The notes under the pieces are model-generated. The model had not been told where the DNA came from. It searched no databases and worked only from the letters and a program-made list of their open reading frames with translations. Below are positions 1-12,600 of a stretch of 64,000 nucleotides of DNA, piece after piece. The translations under genes and the position numbers were made by a program. How positions within the stretch are numbered: position 1 is the stretch's first letter; each line of letters begins with the position of its first letter. The DNA is from Lama glama (Eukaryota): positions 64,792,001-64,856,000 of the forward strand of contig CM052816.1 of NCBI GenBank assembly GCA_028534125.1, read 5' to 3'.

Positions 1-1214
1 AATTGCTTTTTAAAATGTTTAGATTTTATAATTTTTACAGAATTGTGATCCAGGTAATGTTTACATGTTGTGATTAGTTGATTTGTCTCTCAAATCTCTT
101 TCTCTCCATCCTCCACTATCACCATCCTTCCTTGTAATTGCAAATACCTGGTCATTTATAGACGCTCCCACATTCCAAGTGTTGCTGGTTGCAAACCCGT
201 ATTTTTCCATCCTCTGCATTTCTTGTACATTGGTAGTTGCATCATAAAAATGAGTATGGTCAAGTTTAGTTTCAATTTGGGGGCAAGAATCCTTAGTAGA
301 TGGAGCTGAGGTCTTTACCTCTTTAAAAGCTCCTGGCTAAAATTGGTTCTAGCTATTTGTGCTGTAGCTCTCTGCTTACTCCAGGTTCTGCCTCAAGCCT
401 CCTGTCTCATTGTTCCTCCCCTGTTCCCATCTTCTTGGGCTCTGCACTTTTCCTGGCCCAGTTTGGAGACCTGACTTGACTCTCCTCATGGCCTTTAATT
501 AACATTCCTTCAGATGCTATTTTTGGTAACTTCATCATCAAGCAAAGAGGAACAGGTAAGAGGCGCTCTCTCTCAGGATGCTGCCCAGGTCCTCAGGACA
601 CATCCTGGCAGGGCCTGCAGAACCCCACCTCTAGCCCTTAGCTTGTCTGATCAGATAATACTAGCATTTCCGTGGTCACTCCTCTGTGCCCCTACACTCC
701 AAAGGAGCTACTTTCAGGAGACCTGGAGTCAGGTCTGGCGTCTGTTTTTAAATAAGCGTCTCTGAGGTCCTGGTATGAAAACAGGCTTCACTTCAAATAG
801 AACTCTGAGGAGCTACTCTCCCTCCTAATCCCTTATTGGAGCTGGACTCAGAGCACTGCTCTGTCATTAATTCCAGGAGCAACCCAATCGGAGACTTTTC
901 AGAGACAGCTGGATAAGAAAATGCAGTCAAGCAGGTTTGAATGTCTAGAAAGTCTCTCTAATTTTAAATGAAAGGGGAAAATCCACCAATGGTATATCTG
1001 ATCAAGCTTGAAACCGAATGCTCTATGTGTTTTGTCCACTAAATATAATCCTTTTATCCCCTCCTCTCCACTTTTTACAGTTGGTTTTTGGGTTACAATG
1101 TAGATGGACTAAATTCCCAGTAATTTGTGAGTCGGCTCGTGTTCCCTCTTGGTCTGGGGTAAACTCTTGTTTTTTTTTTAATCTTACATGGTAGAAGATC
1201 TGCACCAGTCATCT

Positions 1215-1395
1215 TTGCGGAGGTGGAGACTGGAGGTCTGCTCAAGTGCTGGTCATATTTTGTTTCTTGATCTACGTGCCGGTTACAAGGGTATGTTCAG
1301 TCAGTGAAAATTCTCCAAACTCTATAGAGATAATCTGTGTGCTTTTCTCCATGTATTATAATCCACTAAAAAATTGAAAGAAAAAAAAAAGAAAG
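1215..1395 (+). mobile_element. Old L1M 3'UTR fragment with A-rich tail
   Basis: gtgctggtcatattttgtttcttgatct...ggttacaagggtatgttcag...gtgaaaatt followed by an A-run resembles L1MC/ME 3' ends. Confidence 0.6.
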
Positions 1396-1936
1396 GAAAA
1401 AGATCTGTGTGAGAAATAAACAAAAGGAAGATACAAGACATAAAGGAATCAGCAGTCAGGACAAATGCTTAAAATAACTTTGTTTTTTATGTCCAAGCCA
1501 GTTTCAGCTACTTGGCTCTGAAGGAAAAATAAGAGTGGCTGTGTTGTAAGAGAACACAATAACCATTGTTGCCTTTGTTAGCCCTTCAAGAGAGCCCAAC
1601 ACGTACAGACACCCTGCCCCAAGCCCGGCGCACAAACCTTCCTTGTTCCCCAACTGCTTCCGCCTCACAATCTCATTTTCATCCTGCTCTGGCTCGGTGC
1701 TGCCCACCACTGTCTCACTTCTGACTCTCTGGGATCCAGTATTTGTTTGTGGTCCATGGGTCTTGACTCCCAGGATCCTCTGCTGCTGTGACCAAGAGTA
1801 AGAGATTGCCTGTTAAATATCTTGCCTCGCAGGATGCAACCCCAGCCCGGGGCACCTTACTACCTACCAGTATCTGGCTGTGAGACCTGGCAGCAGTGCT
1901 TTCTAAAAGTTCTACACATTACTCCCCTCCCCCATT

Positions 1937-1952
1937 TCTTTTTCTTTCTTTC

Positions 1953-1983
<31 letters not shown>

Positions 1984-1986
1984 TTT
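1937..1986. repeat. (TTTC)n/(TTC)n/poly-T simple repeat
   Basis: Directly visible. Confidence 0.85.
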
Positions 1987-3360
1987 GTAAATTGAATTTC
2001 TTTGGGCTGTATTAAGTATATTTGCTATTTCAGGAACCATTCGTGATGAATCTTTTGAAAGTGCAGATAATTTTATCCTACCTTTTAGATTTTTCTTAAA
2101 ACTGAGCTTAGGGGCTATGGGTCAGACAACTGATGTACTAATACTGGAGCTTATCATCTGACTATTTGCTACCTGAGAGTTCAGTACCATGTAATGGTCT
2201 GTAATTCTGCTGAGGTAAAAACTTGACTCTTAAGCCTTTGATAGTGAAATAGGAGAGAAAGTCTTTAATGGATGCCCAGAGTTTAAGCCTCCAGGAAGGG
2301 AAACAAGAGAGTGGGATTATCCCCTAACTGAGCTATCCCCAGCCCAGGACAGGCTGGGGAATTGCAGTAGGTGGAGAGCCAGGAGAGGGCAGATAAGCCA
2401 AGTCTCAGGTATGAAGCAACAGGATTGAGGGCCAGAGAAACAGGTCAGTCAGGGTAATAAGCTAAAGCGCTGAAATGGGACAGTAAGGGCCTCTGTTCGT
2501 CTGTCTATATTCCTCCTTCCTCAAAGTCCTCATTTATCTGTACAACTTCAACTTCCCCAAATCCACTCTGACCTCATGATCTAATATTTTCAACCATGGG
2601 TCATCTCTATTTGGATGTTTCACTGTGAGTCAAATGCTGCATGTCCAAATCCCAACTTCTTTTGTCTTTTGGCGTTTATGAGGACTAATTCCACTGACTT
2701 GGATAATTCTGAAACATGAGTACAGCATAATATTGTCCCCATAAGATGCATAAACATGAGGAGTAGAGACTATTAAAGCCATATTGAGCAGGAAATCCTA
2801 GGGGCTGGCCAGGCTCATGTACAAGCTGGATGACTTCTCTTGCATACCAGCCTCATCAAAATTTGAGAAATATGTACATGGATCTTTGGAGTTGCTGGTA
2901 AGGAGTCAAAACCATAAATCACCAGTGGAAACTAGGCACCTCTGTGTGAAATCCACAAAACTGAATTTTAGACAAGCTACCTTGGTGGTTCTTGTGTATA
3001 ATAAAGTCCATTCTCTGTCCTCCTTCCTGCCTGCCCAGACAGTTCCTGTTTCATTGTGACTTATGATGCAAGCTGTCTGCCAGCCTTCCAGACACATTTG
3101 GAGTCATCTTTGGCTATTTTTTCTCCCTCATCCTTTACAGTTACCCATTCACTAAATGTTGATATTCCTTCTATCTCTTCTACTGCCATGTAGTGGCTAG
3201 ATCTTAAACAGACTTTTAAGCATCACTCTCGTCACTGTGTGGATAATGGACTGGGATGGGTGTAGGTGTGAAGTGGAAGCAAGAAAACCTGTGAGGGATA
3301 CTGTTGCAATACTCTAGCAGGAAAAAAATAAGAATTTATTGATGGCTTATATATGCGAGA

Positions 3361-3833
3361 TGTATCAATTTTCTATTGTCACATAAGAAATTACTATAAA
3401 CTTAGTGTTTAAAAACAGCATGCATTTATTAGCTCGCACTGGTCAGAAGTCTGGCACGGGGTGGCTGTGTGCTCGGCTCAGTATACCAGGTGTTAGAAGG
3501 CGGAAATCAAGGCAGCAGCCAGGCTGTGTTCCTCTGTGGAGGCTCTGGTGAAAAATCTGCTTCCAAGCTCATGCAGGGTGGCAGAATTCAGTTCCTCCTT
3601 GAACCTCTGACATCTACAGCCAGCTGGAGAAAACACTCTCCTCTTAAAAAGCTCATGTGATTAAGTCGGAAAAATCTCCCCATTCCAAGGTCAACTGGTT
3701 TTGAGTCCTTAATTACAGGTGCAAAATTCCTTTAGTAGTTTTACTCAATTAGTGTTTGGTTGAATAAGTGGAGAAAAATGTATGTACAGCCAGGCTGGAA
3801 TCTTACAGACAAATTCAGAATACTGCCTATCAT
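3361..3833 (-). mobile_element. MaLR solo LTR (MLT1 family)
   Basis: Starts tgtatcaattttctattg...aaacttagtgtttaaaaacagcatgcatttattagctc and ends cagaatactgcctatcata, the reverse-complement ends of MLT1 LTRs. Confidence 0.75.
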
Positions 3834-3884
3834 ATAAAAGAAGCAGAATTATAAGAAATTTGCATGTATTTCCCGCAGTTAAGG

Positions 3885-3990
3885 TTTTCAGTAACCCTAT
3901 GAAGTGGATATCATCATTATTTCCATTTTATTGATTAGGAAACTGAGACACAAGAGAAGTTAAGGGTCTTGTCCAAGGTTACACAGGTAT
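3885..3990 (-). mobile_element. MIR SINE fragment
   Basis: MIR core ccattttattgattaggaaactgagacacaagagaagttaag...ttgtccaaggttacacag. Confidence 0.75.
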
Positions 3991-4639
3991 TTTCATAACA
4001 CTTCATTGATTTTAGAATTCCATGTCTGTATTAATTCAACTACCATCTGAATGGCTTTCTTATCTCCAGGATTTTCCTCCTCCAATCCACCCTATGTTCC
4101 TTGGTCAGACCAATGTTATTTAAAAATTTTTTCTTCCCATCAGGTCACTTTCCTAGATAAAAAGAATTATACTTAGATATAGTAACACAGAGGCATGGCT
4201 ATTATATGCCAGAAAATGAACTTATACCCAAATATGAGAATTCATTCAGCGAGACCCTTGGTAAAGATTTTCTTATGCTAACTTGTAATAGTGTGATTGT
4301 GAGGTGGCAGGAAGTGTGTGTGTGTGTTTGTGTGTGAGCGATTATAACACAAGGCATGGGGTGTGGATTATATGTTTCCAAACTCAAAAGGGCGGAGCAA
4401 GTACGGATAATCTTTTAACAATAAGTAGTAGGTTCAGAAGCAAATTTCATAGGTTAACCTGAAAATATAAAAGTTGGATATTATATTGTAGAATACATGC
4501 ATTTAAGAAATACACATTTAGAGAAGATGAATTGAATTGATTTTAGGAGATGCATAACTTTTGAAGCTTAGTTTCACTTGCTCATTCACTCCACAAATAT
4601 TTGTTGAATGTCATTATGTGCCAATGAAATGTATTTATT

Positions 4640-5345
4640 TTTTCCTACTAGAGTATTGCAACAGTATCCCTAACTGGTTTTCCTGCTTCCACTCCACACC
4701 TACACCCGTCCCAGTCCATTATCCACACAGTGATAAGAGTGATGCTTAAAAATCTGTTTAAGATCTTGACACTTTCAGAACTTTCTAATACATTTTCAAC
4801 TAATTCAGAATAAAATCCATATCCCATGGCCCATAATGTGGCCTAGAAAGCCCCTCTTCACTCTGTATCCAACCCCATCTCCTCCACTCTCCCTTTCACT
4901 CACTCCACTCTAGCAACTATGGCTCCCTTCCCATTTTCCCTGGATGTGGTAAGTATATGTCCACTTCAGGCTTTCACATGGGCCGGTACTCCATCGGCTT
5001 GGAAGGTCTTCCTTTAGACAGTTACTCCTTGGTTCCACTCAGATTGTCTCCTCCAATGTAACTTTATTAGAGAGCCCTTTCCTGACCTCCTGAGCCATAA
5101 TAGCACTCACCTCCTCCACCACCCTCCCCTCTTTTTCCTCCTTTTCTTGCCAGCACTCAATTACCACCTAATATATTACTTAATTTTATGTATTATAGTT
5201 GGCTTGTCATCCCCTGCCCCATGAGGACGTCAGCTTCTGGAGATGGGGACTTTGTTTAATCTACTGCAGTATTCCAGTGATTGGCACAGTGCCTGGCACA
5301 TAGTAGGTCTTCATACATGCTTGTTGAATAAACGAATGAATGAAT
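4640..5345 (+). mobile_element. L2 LINE 3' fragment
   Basis: Ends in the L2 terminus cacagtgcctggcacatagtaggtcttc...ttgttgaataaacgaatgaatgaat. Confidence 0.8.
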
Positions 5346-6469
5346 GTAAATCCTCTATTTCTTTGGGGCATTTATTTTTTTTTAAATACTGAAATACAAA
5401 TATTATTTCACAATTTCAATGAAACAGTATGGTTTTATCTTTTTAGCCTTTCTTCTTTATCCATACCCCAAGAACATGATGCCCCTGTTAGTGAACAGTA
5501 CTAACACAGCTCCAGGGGATAACTAACAGGACAGCGATAGTGCAGACCTATAGCAGCGGAAACCAAGTCACAGATTTTACAACTTTTAAGAACCTTGGCA
5601 AATGGACAGTCTTGTTGGCTTAGGTGCCAAAAATCACCACTACTGAATGCAGTTGCAGTACAATCTGAAAGGCTGTAGTTGAATGTAAGCTTTGAGTGGC
5701 TTGGGTTTCAGCAGACTTGGGTTTCAGTAGTTCTTTCAAAATGACCCATCCAACCGGCTCCGAGACCTCTCAGGCAGCAGCAATACTGCATAGAGCAGTC
5801 AGGAATCCCCTAGGGACTGAAGGCATGGCTCCCAACCACTCCCTACTCAGCATGATTGAGAAGCACAGTTTCCAACCCCACAACATACTTAATGCCTATG
5901 TTGCTTTTTACTCCACAGCTTGTAATTCCCTGATCTGAGTGACAAGTTAGGTGGTGATGGTGAAACTGCCCGTTCTGAATGTGCTAATGCCCCCTTGTAA
6001 AGATGTTCTGAGGCTGAGTCAAAGCTTCTACAGGATTTGATGGCCTCACACTTAAATATGCCAAGAAGAGTATGCACAGCAGTTTATTAAAAGTGGAACA
6101 TGGACATGAATTTTAATTTTTGGAGGCATAATTGAGAGTTCAGCTTTTTTAGGGGGTAGTAACCTGATTAAGTATGTATTTCATATGCAATCAATCCCAA
6201 TTAATACAAACATAATAACAAGCCAAGCCATAATCAGAGGGTTGAAAAGAACTCAAGTGTGTTAACGTTTATGAAACTCATTCCTAGGAAGGGTTGTTTG
6301 GATAAACTTATGAAATATTTTATCCTTTCCCCTCTTCCAAAATATGTCTCAGAAATATGTGTGTGAAATTCTACTTCATATTTGAAAATTATCCTTTTTG
6401 ATTCCTGAAAGCATTAGTAAAAACCAACCAACCAAGCAACCAAACCAAAGCAAACTAAACTCCACAGCA

Positions 6470-6660
6470 GAAGGTCTGGTTTCAGATCCCAATTCTGTCA
6501 ATTACTGGCTGTGGAACACTTAACCTCTTTGGTTAAGCAAATCGCTTAAGCTCTCTGAAGCTTACTTCTCTCAACAGTAAGGTGGAATTATTCATATTTA
6601 CATATCTGAATAGTTCTGAGGATCCAACAAGATGGTGTGACAAAGCCTTGAAAGCAGCTT
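6470..6660 (+). mobile_element. MIR SINE fragment
   Basis: ctggtttcagatcccaattctgtcaattactggctgtg...cttaagctctctgaagctt. Confidence 0.6.
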
Positions 6661-7193
6661 TACAAACATAAGGATTGGAATTTATTTCTTATAAGTAGTG
6701 GGTACCTCTTTCCAAAAAGGAATTGAGCTAGCTTATGATATATTTATATAATATTATAGAATAAGTAGAAAATAAAGGTAGAAAAATAACTCACCATTAC
6801 ATTCTTCATAGTTGTTAGAAATTAGTCACAAATTTGGATAACTTTCCTAGTTGATAAGTCAGAGATAAATATTCAGTTACAATAGTCATAAGTCTATCGG
6901 ACAAAAATAATAAACTGGCATCTTTTGTGCTTATTCAACTGGTGTACCTACGGATCTGGAGCAAAGACTGTGGTATGCTCAGGCATGGAAAGACAGGATA
7001 AACTTTAGAATCTCTTTCCTGCTTCAATTTTACATAAGTTAAAACATTTTTACATTAAAACAAAGATATATCATATATTAAAAAATTTTTTTCGAGGATT
7101 TACTGTGTATCAGATACTGCTCTAGGAACTGGGATACAGCAGGAAACAAGAGGTCCTTGATCTCATGGAGTTTCTGTTCTAGACCAGAGAGAG

Positions 7194-7962
7194 CAGTGGT
7201 TCACAACTGGGTCAGAGCCAAAACTCTTTTTACTCTGCTGAAATGAAATTCACGGATAATCAACCTACAGATAATTAAAATTAACATAATATTCTTTTGT
7301 ATAAAGATGAAATAAAAGGAAGTAATTTATATTAAAGCAATATTCATTTTAAAATTTAAATAAATACCTAAGCATGATTACATCAGAAAGATACAATGAA
7401 AAAGGTAAATACTTGCATCTACTTACAGAAATTAGTTTGGATTAAAGAGAGGTAAAGAGAAAGTCATCTGAGTATTGTCATTTTTTTATATCGGACATCT
7501 TGAAATAAGAACTAAAGTGTATAGCATCTTTATGTATAATTCCCACGAATTCAACAAAGATGCAGAATGATACAGATATGTATTTCAAACACCACGAACT
7601 GCGTAGCTATTACTGATGATTTTCTGACATGGTGAGCAACTTTTGGTACCGTACCAAACAAGACAGCATATAATATTCCTGGAAACTTCAGTGTGTACTC
7701 AAACTGGCCAAAAGTATTTATTTTATATGTAACATAGAGTTAGGTTCTAGGCTCTAATAATTACAAATAGGTTTTTCATTTACCTGAAAGTCCAGTGGAC
7801 ACTAAAGAGTCATGCAGAACATGGGCCAAATGTTGGTTGTGTGGCCTATTGTAAGTATTGTAGGGCATCTAGCTTCTCTGTGCACAAAATACCAGCAGTG
7901 GCCCTCCTATCTTTTCGAAAACCTCACAGACGCCCAAAATGCTCCCAGAAAGTAGAACCTCT
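7194..7962. mobile_element. Possible old hAT-Charlie-type DNA transposon remnant
   Basis: Left end cagtggttcacaac resembles the Charlie TIR (CAGTGGTTCTCAA); degenerate right end agaacctct; flanked on both sides by L2-like sequence. Family uncertain. Confidence 0.4.
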
Positions 7963-8049
7963 TTATTTGATAATCATTTTTGTAGAAGTAGAAGATAAAA
8001 AAAAACACAACAATTCTAGATACAGGTAAGAGCTAAGAAGAAAATAAAA

Positions 8050-8270
8050 TAGTGCGAAAGTGGGGTAGGTGTGTGAGGCTTCTCTGCAAGAAGGGTTTTC
8101 TAAGGTTGGCAGCATATGAACTGAGATCTGAATGGTGAGATGGAGATGGCCTTGCAAAGAGCTGGGGCAAGAACATTTCTGGTAGGAGAACGTTGCAAAG
8201 ACTGTGAGGTGTTAACAGAAAGAAGGAACAGAAAGAGGACCATCGTGGCTGGAGCATAAGTCAGAAAGAT
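8050..8270 (-). mobile_element. L2 fragment
   Basis: gaactgagatctgaatggtgag...gcaaagagctggggcaagaacatttctggtagg...gcaaagactgtgagg is typical antisense L2. Confidence 0.65.
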
Positions 8271-9542
8271 AGAAAGCATTGGCATTTTAGGGCAGAGAGA
8301 GAATGAGAAGCTTCTCAATTGTTTTATGTGATGCTGAAAGACTGGTAGATGATTAGCTGCCCAATTTAAACTAAATTTACAAAAACTATTTCTGATATGT
8401 AGATCATTGGGAGATACACCTATCCAGGAAAAGGAACTATCTTGTCTATGCCTCATGATGGATTCTTGGGAAGATGCTCAGGAAGCAGGGCATGATGTTT
8501 TGTATTTGATCCCAGTTCCACCATCGATGGCAGTTCTCAGAGAGACAATGCTCTGAAATTAATTTCTTTTCTCTTTCTGTCTCTTGTGCCCCATTGGTGG
8601 CCCTTGCCAAGGACAAGCAATCTATCTTCTAAGGAGTTTGGAGATACCAAAAAACAAAACAAAACAAAACCACCAAAAAAGTTCTCATAAGGATTGGAAG
8701 TAAAAATTATCTTTATTGCTCTTTTCTGTTTACAAAAGCAATACATATGTATCATCCCAGGAATTTTCTGGACTTTCTAAAATGCAGCTAAATACAGACC
8801 TAAAGCAGCAAATAGAGGAAGGGTGTTAATGGAGGGTGGAAGTCTTATCCTTTGCTCATCTCTTTCTTCTATCTCATCCTGAATACTCACTGAGGGGACC
8901 AGATTTTAACTTCGAACTTGAGTCACAGGTATAGAGTGTTGACGTCATTTCTCCATTTGAACAACTGCAAATCAGACAACCAATTCCTAGGGCGAAATTC
9001 TGAGCAGCAAAAAAGAACACACAGCCCTGTGGCAAAAGTCTGAAAATTTAAGTCTGATTCAAAACAAAACTCAAATTCCAGGGAAAGACTACCAAAAGAA
9101 CAATATAGGAAGCTGAGTCAGGCTCTTTTCCAGCTCTTTATTGTTCTTACACGCTGACGACACGCCCTGTGACCAAGTGCTCTTATCTAGTTTTTAAACG
9201 TCCCTCCACTTGAAGAGACTGTCCGCTCGCTGCATTTCACCACCCACTTCTCCCAAGCTTAGCCGCACCGCCAGGCTCACGGCGCACTTGGAGGGGCGGA
9301 CAGGGATTTATCTATCTAGTCCAGCCGTGCTTCCGTCACCGAATCACACACGTTCATCGACCTTTCTGCAGAGACAGCTTGCGTGTGAGCGGGCGGGCGA
9401 GGGTGGGCTATGCACTCGAGGCTGGGCGACTGTGAGCCTGGGCTCCCCGGGCTGCGGGGGGCCTGGGAGGAGGCGCCCACCGTCCTCTCCTCGCTGAGCG
9501 CGCGGCTCCGGCCTCAGTTCCCGTCACGTGCCTCCGCGCCGC

Positions 9543-9580
9543 CCAATCAGCGCCCGCAGCGCGCGGGCTCGGGATTCAAA
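9543..9580. promoter_or_regulatory. NF-Y CCAAT box plus CHR element (G2/M cell-cycle promoter module)
   Basis: CCAATCAG at 9543-9550 and TTCAAA at 9575-9580, 65 nt upstream of the ATG. CCAAT+CHR is the established architecture of DREAM/MMB-FOXM1 target promoters, and DEPDC1B is known as a G2/M-expressed gene. Confidence 0.75.
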
Positions 9581-9645
9581 CTGCGGCGTCTCGGGCTCTC
9601 GGGGATCAGCGCTGGGGCGGCCGCAGCCGCCGCTGCGTGCGGGCG

Positions 9646-9693
9646 ATGGAGCACCGCATCGTGGGGCCCGGGCCATACCGGGCCACCAGGCTG
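9646..9693 (+). CDS. DEPDC1B: DEPDC1B coding exon 1 (MEHRIVGPGPYRATRL)
   Basis: ATG in strong Kozak context (gcgATGG) inside the CpG island; donor CTG|gtgagt; 48 nt, phase 0. Confidence 0.96.
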
Positions 9694-12600
9694 GTGAGTG
9701 TGCGTGCGGGAGTCCGCGCTAAGTCACCGGCTCCGCGATTCCGGGTCTGAACGCCGACCGCATCTACTCAGTCCTTCCTTCTCCAGGGTAGGCCGGGTCT
9801 GGAAGCCGGATGTGTTCCTGCTCCGGTGGCCGTATTGCGGACGACGCTCAAAGAAAGGCCGACACGGCCGGGGGCCCAGAGCGTCGGGGGTGGGCGCAGC
9901 TTAAATCCCGAGACGTTGGCTGGGTTCTCGCCAATCAACTGCGCCTCCGGATTTAAAGCGCCGGGAAGACCAGGGTGACACTCGCCTCTCTCCCCTCCTT
10001 ACCCTCGGGAATCCAGCGCCAGCAGCTGGCAGAGGAAAGACCCAGTCCCTAACTGTAGGGCCGCACACCGCCTGTAACGCTCACCCTTCGCCGCCGTCCG
10101 GGCAGGGCGTGTCTCCGTCCTGAGTGTCACTTGTGGTGACACTTGAGGTTCTTTCTAACGGTGCCCAGAGCAGAGGTGGATCGCCCTGGCTACGTTTCCT
10201 GCTTCTGGCGTTTCTGTTTCTGCCAGCACCGACCTAAATGAGAAGGGTGGGCTCGGAAGGAAGGTTTGAAAGAGCCTTTGCAGACCCTGATGGTCCAGAG
10301 TGGGGCCTTTTCTCCTGGGAGAAGAGCTTTGGTGATCAGAGTGCGGAGGCGTACTTGATTTCTTTGTGACCTGGAGCAAGTGATTTCAGTTTCAAAGGAT
10401 TAGCGTAATGGAATTAGTGGTGATGATTTGGTAATGTCCTTGGCAAGTTTTAAACGACTTTTTATGAAAGCCTAATGGTGATTTGGGAGGAAGGGATCGC
10501 TTTCCTTGGTCTGTCACCACTTCTGGTCACAGCTAACTTGGGAATTAGTCTCATTGTTCTGTGCACCCTAATGGATATCTAGGAAAAGATGAGAACAGGA
10601 TAGGAGGAGTTATTGCATCTTTGGAAACAATCTATTACAGATACCCACAATGATTGATTCATTAAAAAAAATCAGCACATGTAAATTTAGGTTTTCCTTT
10701 GGGCTAGCCTCTAAAAGGTAAGGTAGTGGCAGGGAACAAATCGGGTTTTTAAAAATAGTCTGCTTCCACTTCACAGTTGCTTCTAACCATTTGAAACCAT
10801 CTGGGGTCAAGGCTACTGGTAGGTCCATCCTTAGGGATCAGATACAGATTGTGCTTTATCAGGTACTTTGAAAAACTTTACTCTCCTTTGTGCAGGGAAA
10901 AGAACACTCCCCTACCCCCAGTTTATTCACAGCGCTTATGCAAGGGAAACAGAGAGAGGCTCTGGATCTTGGGGTAACTAGTTCTCATTCTTCCTGCTTT
11001 AGACTAAAAAAAAAAATCAATTACATCATAGTTGGAAATGTTTTTTAATCTCATAGTCACAGAATTGTATAAAGTACCACTTTTCATAGATGCAGAGTGC
11101 CTATGTGAAAGACACTGTTGATTCTGAGTCACATTAAAACATTATCGAAGGAATTTACAAAGAAAAGTACTCTGTTCTTCAGAAGTCTTCAGTCCCGAAG
11201 AAGTGATACTCAAGTCAAATTTAGCCAAGACTAGCTAAGTTAAACAGGAAGTTAAATTATGTGAATAATGAATGAAAACACCTCAATTTCACCAGAATTT
11301 CCTGGGTAGTCAATTCATCTCTCAGCTTTATTATATTTGAGAACCTTGATCTTAAACTAAGATCTCTGACAACATAGAAAACAATAGCCAGTTTTTTTTG
11401 CTTTTTGTTTTTATCAGTGATCCCAGTCATCAGTATAGGTGCTTTTCCTCCACTGTGAAATCTGTTTGCCCGAGCATGATTCAGTTGTGCTTTAAAGCTT
11501 TTATCAGGTAAATCATGAAGTTTGTGATTAGTTTTCTCTTTACTTATCTGTCCCAGCTTGTGTTTCATCCCCCAACCCCTACCTTCCAGTTTACCTTTTC
11601 CCTCTTCTAACATCACCCTCAACCTGATCTTCAGAAAGAGCGTGGGAAAAAATCTGTTGGCATGAAAAGAGCTCCATTTACTAAGGCACCAAAGTCTAAT
11701 CTGAAAATAACATTATATGGACTGGGTAAATTTCTGTACCCAAAATCAAATTACAGACTCTGTAAGTCAATTCATTCTGAATATAGAAGCTAATTAGCAA
11801 CTTAGTCATCTTCACTGAAATAGCTTTCATTTTTGTAACCCACATGTAAATAGATCATTATTTAAAAAGAAATAATGAGAAAGAAAATGGCTCTTTCTGA
11901 AAACTGCTTAAATCTGAACTTTTCTATGACTTAATTCTGAGTTAGTGGTATCATCTGAGACAACTGGTAAACTTTAGAAGACATAGCCATTCTTGAGTCT
12001 GAGAGCTTGAATGGACTCTAAAGATGATACAGTCCAGTTCCCTCATTTTATCAAGTTCACACTGCTAGTATGTGGCAAGTACATCTAGATCTCGCATTTG
12101 TTTGTCTCTGAACTCCCTGGCCACGTGCTATATTATAGCACCACTATCATAATATTTTTAATACTAAGAAGTAAGGAGATGGAATAAATATTCAGGACAA
12201 AAGAGCAGGAAGCACATGTCAACACTCAGTGTTGTATTTTGTAGTTTGGCTCATGATGTTAAGCAAAAGCAGTTGTGTTGTTTGATTCTTTATCCCTTAA
12301 CTAGGGGCCTGAAATAAATAAAACAAAAAATGTTGTTTTAATCACAAAGCAAATCTTTCCTGTCCCCTTGGCTATTAAAATTGTCCCTTAATATGACACG
12401 GAAAAAATCACGTTCTCAAGCTCTATCTTGTTCTTTGTTGACATAGGATATTTTCTTTCCAAATGTGACTGAGAATGGTGGATATTTTAAAGATAACTCT
12501 TTTTCTTTCTTGGCAGAGTAGCCAATAGCCACTGAATTATATTTGGAAATACCTGGGAGCAGAGACCATAATCCTTGCTAGGTTTTGAAAATCTAAAATG

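Larger units (their letters stand above)
9200..10210 (+). promoter_or_regulatory. CpG island / DEPDC1B promoter and start of intron 1
   Basis: Sharp rise in GC and CpG density around exon 1; GC box GGGGCGG at 9293-9299, E-box GTCACGTG at 9523-9530, CCAAT at 9543-9547, CHR (TTCAAA = reverse TTTGAA) at 9575-9580; no TATA box seen. Boundaries estimated by eye. Confidence 0.9.

Noticed and set aside
9210..9904. Several overlapping Arg/Pro/Gly-rich ORFs at the promoter
   Set aside because: Expected in a CpG island, where stop codons are scarce; none matches the DEPDC1B frame beyond exon 1.
10019..10032. CCAGCAGCTGGCAG as a CTCF site
   Set aside because: It has C instead of a purine at a key core position and reads better as an E-box palindrome in GC-rich sequence; insufficient support.
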